Part shown: positions 56,197 through 64,000 of the stretch, in pieces | Layout of the letters: each line of letters opens with the position of its first letter | Position numbering within the stretch: position 1 is the first letter of the stretch | Assembly: GCF_009914755.1 (NCBI RefSeq) | Contig: NC_060931.1 | Reading direction: 5' to 3' (one strand) | Source of the DNA: the human T2T-CHM13v2.0 reference genome, Homo sapiens | DNA length: 64,000 nucleotides | Notes under the pieces: model-generated | The model's database searches: none | What the model saw: only the letters and a program-made list of their open reading frames with translations | Told to the model about the DNA's origin: nothing | Translations under genes and position numbers: made by a program

Positions 56197-56658
56197 TCTC
56201 ACTAAAAGTTGAGAATTTAGTGGCCACATAATGAAAACCTCAGGCAGGGCCAGGATGGAGTAAATTTTGGGCAGCCAGTGACAACATTGCCAAGATCTGG
56301 TCTGCCTCTTAATTCTTCTTGTCTTTTGGAATTGGCCTCATTTCCTTGTGCTAAAGTCTTACTAGAACCATAGCTGCTCTGAAGTCACCTCCCTGAGTGT
56401 GTCTGCTTGGATCACAAGGCCATATTTGAACAAAATACTGTAAATGGGGAATGTTTCATTAGCCCAGTTTGGGTCAAGAGCTCATGTATGCAGCAAAGAC
56501 GTCAGATGCTACAACAGGCAGGCTCTTTCCAAAGTCCCCCAACAGAGATAGAGGGAGGTTCTGTTCCCAGCAGGAGAAAAGGCTGTTTGGTGGATATACA
56601 TCTAAATTGCAAAATATCCTGCAACACAGGGTCCATGGAAGATAGTTTGGTTAGTGTA

Positions 56659-56875
56659 TTTTTTTTCTTTTTTTCTTTTTTGAGACAGGTTCTCACATCG
56701 TCACCCAGGCTGGAGGACAGTGGCACGATTATGGCTCATTGCAGCCTCCACCTTTGGTGATCCAGTGATCCTCCCACTCAGCCTCCTGAATAGCTGGACC
56801 ACAGGCACATCTACCATGCCCAGCCAATTTTTAAAAAATATTTATAGAGAAAAGGTCTCTGTCTGTTACCTGGGC
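56659..56875 (-). mobile_element. Partial AluJ-like SINE
   Basis: polyT gagacaggttctcac...attatggctcattgcagcctc. Confidence 0.85.
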
Positions 56876-56929
56876 TTGGTTAATGTTAATTATTTCCTTT
56901 TTCTGTTTTTAAACATAAAATGAAACTAA

Positions 56930-58680
56930 GGAAACATAGTACCTTTCAATAGACAGTGATTACTTCAATAGGACCCCAAAATAAACTAATTATGAAAGAC
57001 AGAGAAAATATGGGCTACATTAAAATCAAGGTATTCTCTTCATTTAAAGGGTATCATGAAGAAAGTAAAAAAGGCAAAGCAACAGACTAAGAGAAGATGC
57101 ATGCAAAACATATATTCAATCAATAACTCACACCAGAAATATAAAGAACTATAAATCAACAGGGAAAACTCAGAACACATGTTGGAAAAACGGGCAAAAG
57201 ATGACTACTCTTTTTTATTTTCACATCCACTCTCTGTACCTGAGGCCAAAAAGAGAGGTTTGAGGAAGTGACAGGTGTAAGATGCAGGGATCAACATTGT
57301 AACTTTTAAAAGGAGAAAATATATTTTCTGTTCTGAGAAAAGAGGAGCTCTTTTCTCTGCTCCTCTCTGCTCTTCTACAAAGTAAAAGGCGCAGGTCATT
57401 GTGAAAATTACCATGTTAGAGACTGCTAAGTTGCATGACAAATTGTGGATTTAAAACTGAAAATTAACACAAAGATAACATTTCATTAGAAAAAATGCTG
57501 ATTAGATAAGCAAAAATGAAAATGGTTACTAGTACACAGTGTGGGTGACAGAATGAAAACTGGTGTGGACTTTCTGGAAGGCAATCTGGCAACAGGTTCT
57601 ATGATATACTTACGTTTTACGTACATCACAGTACATAGGTACAAAGATGTAACACATTTTTGCCAAGCGTGGTTATGTTTAATCTTTTTTTTTTTTTTTT
57701 TTGCCAATTTTGATGAGTGGGAAATACTTTCACTGTTATTTGAGTTTACAATTCCTATCACAATAGGACTGAGAATTTTCCGTTATATTCGATAAACATT
57801 TGAAGTTTTCTTTTCTGTGAGTTTCCTAATCAAATAGTTTGCTGTTTTTCTAATATATCATTTCATCATTTGTACCCTTCTCTATAATCAATTTTGTCAG
57901 AGGTTTATTCACTTTTTTAACGTGTTAACATGACTAGGCTATAGTATCCAGTTATTTAATCAAACGCTAATTTAAATGTGGCTGGGAAAGTACTTCGTAG
58001 AAATGGTGAACATCTACAATCAGTTGACTTTAAGTAAAGGAGATTATCGTCGATATGTGGGTGGGTCTCATATAAGCAGCTGAAGGCCCTAAGAGCAAAA
58101 ACTAAGGTTTTCTGAAAAAGAAGACATTTTCCCTCAGCTTCTGCTGAGGCAGCACCAGCTTCTGCAGGAGTTCCAGCCTGCTGGCCTTTCTGGAGAACTC
58201 TTACTGATACAGTAGCAAAAGGCTGACTATTTTTTATGCATTCCTTTGGTCTAGCAAGGAACGTATCTCAAGGAAACAAATGGAGAAGTACTCAAAGATG
58301 TATATGCATTGTGTTCACTGCAGTATTGCATATAAGCGGTTTGGTTAAAATATATTATGGCATGACTATATAGGATAATACTATGAGACATTAAAAGAGA
58401 CGTGACAGATTTTTTTCTTAACATGGGAACCTAAGATATAACATTTCTAAGATATAACATAAAGAGCAATTTAAAAGCAAAAATGTAGACTGTGATTCTG
58501 TGGGTAAACATTATATATATATATGAATTAAAATATATATTAAAATATTTACAGTGATTATTACAGGATGGTGAAATGATAGGTTATTTTATTTTATAGT
58601 GTTGAGTTTTTTAAAAGAATATACATTATTTTAAATCAGAAAAAAGAATAAAGTTATTTCTATTTTGAAGAATAAAAACA
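56930..58680 (+). mobile_element. Old L1ME-like 3' region, interrupted
   Basis: ctacattaaaatcaag, aacgggcaaaaga, tttctggaaggcaatctggcaa, caaagatgtatatg. Confidence 0.6.
57920..58211 (+). mobile_element. MLT2D-like ERVL LTR
   Basis: aatcagttgactttaagtaaaggagattat...gtgggtgggtctcat...tgaaggccctaagagcaaaaact...ctggagaac...tgataca. Confidence 0.8.
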
Positions 58681-60121
58681 TTAAGCCTTAATGGGAGAGA
58701 TTGAGGCCAGTATCTTGTGATACTTGTGGTTCTTGCTACACTAAATTTTCCTTGTGTCTTTCCTCATCTTACAGACAGTCAAATTTACTTTTTCCCTTGC
58801 ATATGTCTAAGGTTTACAAATGAAAGTCAGTTGCTCCCATAAGGGTTTTTTTTTTTTATTTTTTGGTAATCACTTAAAGGTTTCAGTTTCCTTGTGTTAA
58901 AAGGTATAATTGTGTGGGTGTTTTTGGGGGTAAGGGTTAAGGGGTTGGAGGTGGGGGTGTTGAGAGGTAAACAATAACGGTCCAACTGTATTTGTTCTAA
59001 AAAGAAGTCCTTTCTCTTACTCTAGAAAAATAACTTAGTTCAAAGTTCCCCTATTCTTTCATAAAGCTATTTTACACAGCATTATCTTAAAATATTATGA
59101 AATATCTCCAACATAAAGAAAAGTACAATAATACACTAACATGTATATATTCATCATTCGGCTTTGTTGAATGGTAATTTCTTAGAGATACATATGCTTT
59201 AAAGTGTCTTTTTTAAAAAAGGACAGATTCAATTAATGCCTATACATACTCACCCAAGACAATTTCCTTTCTCTTCTCAGAGATAAACACCATGATGACT
59301 TTTCTGTTTATTATATTATTTCCATGACGTTTTGAAATGTGTACCACATACAAGAAAATCGATAAACATCAAGTACTTTTTGCATGTTTCCAAACTTCAT
59401 ATGAATATATCATACATATTATTCTGCAACTTTCTTCCCCAAAAGTTCAATGCTTCTGATGCTTAACCATCTTGATATAAATATTGTTACTTGAATTGTC
59501 ACACTTTAACCACTATCCTAGTGATGTCCTTCACTTTTTTTCACTTGTCCTTACAAACAATGCCATGATGGACATTCTTGTACGTCTTGTCTTCTTGCTC
59601 ACATATGTGACAGCTTCTCTAGTACCACTTCAAGGAGTGGAACTGCTAGGTTGTTGGGTGCACAGATCTTCATCTTTACTGAATGTTGCCTAGCTGCTTT
59701 CCAATTTGTACATACTATATATACCTGTGGTATATGAGCACTCCAGATATAATATTAATACATCTTTACCAAGCTTGGTATTTTAAATCTTTTTATTTTT
59801 TGCCAACTTTGATGGGTGGGAAGTGGTATTTCACTATTATTTGAGTTTACAATTCTTATTACCAATAGGACTAAGAATATTCTCTTCTGTTTATTAGTCA
59901 CTTGGGGGTTTTGTCTTCCTTCCTGATGAAATAATTTCCTCATTTTTGAATGTATCATTTAGCCATTTTATACCATTTTCCACAATCAATTTTGCCAGAG
60001 ATTTATTCACCTTTTTAATGTTTTCGAGAAATGTTATTGCATTTTGTTAATCCTCTCTGTTGTTTTTCATTTCCTTAATTTCTGCCATCTTTCTTATCTC
60101 TTCATTTGGGATATTTATCTC

Positions 60122-60425
60122 TTTATTTATTTATTTATTTATTGAGACAGAGTCTTGCTCTGTAGCCCAGGCTGGAGTACAGCTGCACAATCTCAGCTCA
60201 CTGCAACCTCCACCTCCTGGGTTCAGTCAATACTCCTGCCTCAGCTTCCTGAGTAGCTGGGATCACAGGTGTGCGCTACCGTATCTGGCTAACTGTTTCT
60301 GTTTTTAGTATAGATGAGGTTTCACCATGTTGGCCAGGCTGGTCTTCAAGTCCTGACTTCCAGTAATCCACCTGCCTTGGCCTCCCAAAATGCTGGGATT
60401 ATGGCATGAGTCACCACGCCTGGCC
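60122..60425 (-). mobile_element. AluS-like SINE
   Basis: (TTTA)n gagacagagtcttgc...caccacgcctggcc. Confidence 0.93.
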
Positions 60426-61932
60426 TTGATTGTTTTTTTAAACTCATATAATTAGCTTATTCATTTTTAATTCATTTTTAATATATGCATTTATGTTTAT
60501 TCTAAGTTCATATTAGCCTCATCTCACAAGTAGCATTTTTATGAGTTCTGTTCCAAATATTTTTCATTTTTATGATTTGTTTTTTATGTTGGAGCTACTT
60601 AGAAGTATGTTTTTAAGTTTGGCTTTGTGGTTCTATTTTTGGTTTTTAAATTAATTTCATTGTTATCAGAATAATTCTGAATCTTAGTATTTTTGAGACA
60701 TGTTCTGCTTAACACATGACTAGTTTTTTAATCAGTGTTTTGTTTGCTTAAAAAGAGTGCATGTCTTGTAATTATTATTCAGTGATTATTCACGTCCATT
60801 AGGTCAAATTTACTAATTGTCAAATATTCTATATCTGATATTCTTTTCTGATGTAAAAGTATTGAGAAATGTTAAAATTTCCCATCAAGATTATCTCTCT
60901 GTGGATTCTTCATGCAATTCTCTTAAATGTCTATATATTTTAAAGAAATAATCTCATATATATACCTGGGATTGTTACTTCTTTCTCGGACTGTTCTGTC
61001 TTTCTGGTAACTTGTTCTATTTGTATTTATGCAGTGAGTATTTTAAAAATCTGATACTGCTTTTTGCCTTGAAGTCTATCTTCTTGTACAGTCACAAAAC
61101 TATACAATCTTTCTTTTGTTTAGTATGCATCTGGTAAATTTAAAAAAAAATCTCTTCAGTCTCAATTATGCTGTGTTATATTTTAGATCTCTATGAACAA
61201 CAACTGGGGTTTTTAAAGCCCTGAAAATCTAGTCTTCTAACAAGATTTATTTTAAAGACAAGCTATATTTGCTGTACATGCTGATATATTTGGATTTATT
61301 TCTATTATCTTATCTTGCCCTTTGTATTTGCCATGCCTCTTTTTCTTTCATTCCCTGTCTCTATTAAACATTAACAAAATCTCCCTATTTCCTCAACAGT
61401 ATAGAAACTATATATTTCTTTTCTCTCACTGATTCCTTAAATCTTGTTTTTAAGTCTCCTCCTGAATCCAGGAAACTTTGAGTGCTTTACTTCCATTACC
61501 CATTCCCATCTGTTAACTCAGTCCTCATTATATTAGTTCTACCTTATTTTAGTAATGTTTAGTATATTAGCATTTAGTAATAGAAATTCATTATTAAAGT
61601 ATATGATCTTAACAAGTCAATATTTATTTATATTTGCCCTTGGGTTTACTCATTTTCTTGCTGATGACTGCTTCTTGACTCGCACTCTGTCATTCTGTGT
61701 TCAATTTCTTTCTTCCTTTAATTTGAAAATATATCCTTTTGAAATATCTGAATATTTGAAAATATGTCTTTAATTTGTTCTTACTCAGGCGTAATGGTTT
61801 AGTTACTTACATAGTGTTTTAGCCCAGCAATCCTATCAGTAATTTTGAAGATATTCCATTGTCAGAAGGCTTATACATCCATGTGGAAAAGACTTATGAA
61901 AGTTCAACTGCAGTTCTCCTCTTGTAATTTGC

Positions 61933-62212
61933 TTTTTTTTGAGACATCTCACTTGGTGGCCCAGGTTGGAAGGCAGTGGCACGAACTCGGCTCACTGCAA
62001 CCTCCTCCTCAAGCCATTCTTGTGCCTCAGCTTCCCAAGTAGCTGGGATTACAGGCATTTGCCACCAGGCCTGGCTAATTTTTGTATTTTTAATAGAGAC
62101 GGGGGTTCACCACGTTGGCTAGGCTGGTCTCAAACTCCTGACCTCAAGTGATCTGCCCACCTTGGCCTTGCAAAGTGCTGAGATTACAGGTGTGAGCCAC
62201 CATACTCAGCCT
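61933..62212 (-). mobile_element. AluS-like SINE
   Basis: tttttttgagacatctcac...gtgagccaccatactcagcc. Confidence 0.92.
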
Positions 62213-64000
62213 ATTTGCCTCTTCTTTATGATTGTTCTTACATGTTCTCTTAATCTTTGTCATTTTGCACTTTCATCATGAAATTTCTAGGAGTTAAAGA
62301 GTTATGGTTAATACTTATTGTATTTCTTATATCTGATAATTCATGACTATATCAATTTAAAAATCTTCCCATTATCTGTTTAAATGTTGCCTCTGTCACA
62401 TTTTTCCTTTATTTAATGCCTTTATTCAAATCCTATCAGAAATAATCTTGAAGCTTTCTTTCCTCCATATCTTTTAATTTCTTTATGTATATTTTTTTCA
62501 CCTCTTCATTTTGAGTTCTAGGCAGCTTCCTCAGATTCTAACCAATATTCCATCATTAATTACATGACAAATTTTCTCTTCAGATGTGTCTAACCTATTG
62601 CTTACCCTGTCTATGGAGGTTCTAATTTTAGTGACTGTGTTTTGAAGTTTTGGAAGTTCTATATGATCCTTTTCCAAATCTGCTGGTTCACTTTGCATAC
62701 TGTTATTTTCTTTTTTGTTATTGTTTTTTATTATATTTTTGAACCTGCTTATAAATTTCATCACCTTAAATAAAATTATTTTATAATTTATGTATGTGAG
62801 AGCTGTATTGCTGAAATTCTTAGTGGTGTAAATGATCAATTTAGTTTTGTAATTTTAGATTGTGAGCTAATAATAAACACAGTGTTATCTCTGGATATCC
62901 TACAAAGCCTAGCTTAAGGGCTCACCTTCCAATAAAAAGCAATTTTTAAAAATGCCAGCTGCTCCATGGTCATCACCAATCCAGGATTGCTTTTTATGTT
63001 AATTTCCTAGCTTAGGTATTTCCCTTATATTTAATAAAATAAACTGGGACTTTGACATTCTTTAAGTACAAGCTAACAGTTAAAAATTCTGAGGGTTAAT
63101 TTTCCTGCATATTCAGAGCTTCAGCTCAAACACAAGATTAATTGCCCAAGGGCAGATTTTTTTTCTAGCCCATCATTTCACAGAGATCTAGTTCTTTTAA
63201 GTTCTTTATAAGATCTCTGTTCCAAATACCCACTTTAAGAATACCTCATGGTACATCTTCTTTCTCTGCATGAGCAATAAAATCTCAAGTGCCTACCTAA
63301 CAACATCAACATCCACTAATTTCAAACTCCAGCACTATTGTAGCCACAATGTCAACTCACAATCATAACCATTCTAGGTGTTTGTGGTCTCTAAAGTTTT
63401 TCTTTTTTTTCCTTCACTTGACCTACGTATTTAAAAACATGGGCACTATATTTTATTCGGCATTTCTAGGTATTGGCCAAAAAGGAATTCTTAATATTAC
63501 CTTTAAGACTAGCCAAAACTACCAATTTAAATCTTTTGATCAATCCTTTAATTTTGCTTTATGAACTTTCCAAATAGCAAGTCTAACTTTTATATGTATG
63601 AGAAAAACTGTGTAAGTCCTTTTCACTACATTTCAGAAAAGAAAAGAAGAAACTATGACGATGGGGTTAGGGTATGCAAGTAAACACACTGTGTGAAATG
63701 TGTCTTATGTATCCTTAAGTTATAATTATTCAACACCAGGGGACCTCTACAAAGTAATACTTTTATCATCAACTATTGAAATAATAGAAAATATATTGGG
63801 CAGCTAATTCATAAGTTTCTCATCTTCTTCTCTTATTTGGAAGAATCTTAAAAACCTGACTAAAAAAAGTCACCTGACACATCACCACATGAACAATCTG
63901 GAACCTGCTGGGAGAGAGATGAAGGGCATGGGAAGGTCTGCCTTCCCTGCCTGGCTCACAAACATTTCCATCAATGACTAGCTGCAATCTATAGCTACCG

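Larger units (their letters stand above)
59080..62870 (-). mobile_element. Old fragmented L1M, antisense
   Basis: T-rich L1 motifs; ORF-track 62531..62839 (-) resembles decayed ORF1 coiled coil (SRLDTSEEKI-like). Confidence 0.65.

Overview
AT-rich primate (very likely human) genomic DNA lying entirely inside the minus-strand gene CADPS2 (CAPS2, Ca2+-dependent dense-core-vesicle priming protein). Seven ordinary coding exons (55276-55384, 54045-54245, 38352-38488, 35346-35533, 15345-15446, 5484-5547, 2313-2436) splice with GT-AG ends and compatible phases into one open frame, running from the second half of the PH domain toward the MUN/MHD region. Two frame-preserving microexons are also visible: 9 nt at 44816-44824 and 21 nt at 332-352. 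The rest is intron filled with Alu, L1, L2, MIR, LTR (THE1/MST, MLT, MER57) and DNA-transposon (Tigger1, Tigger4a, MER1B, MER20, MER58) relics. No prokaryote-style or clearly new gene system is present. The most interesting signals are the two microexons with neural splicing motifs, a cluster of truncating exits just after the 2313-2436 exon, paired RFX X-boxes, a tiny twin-primed L1 insertion, and several local duplications and palindromes. Repeat subfamily names are from memory of consensus sequences and repeat boundaries are approximate.
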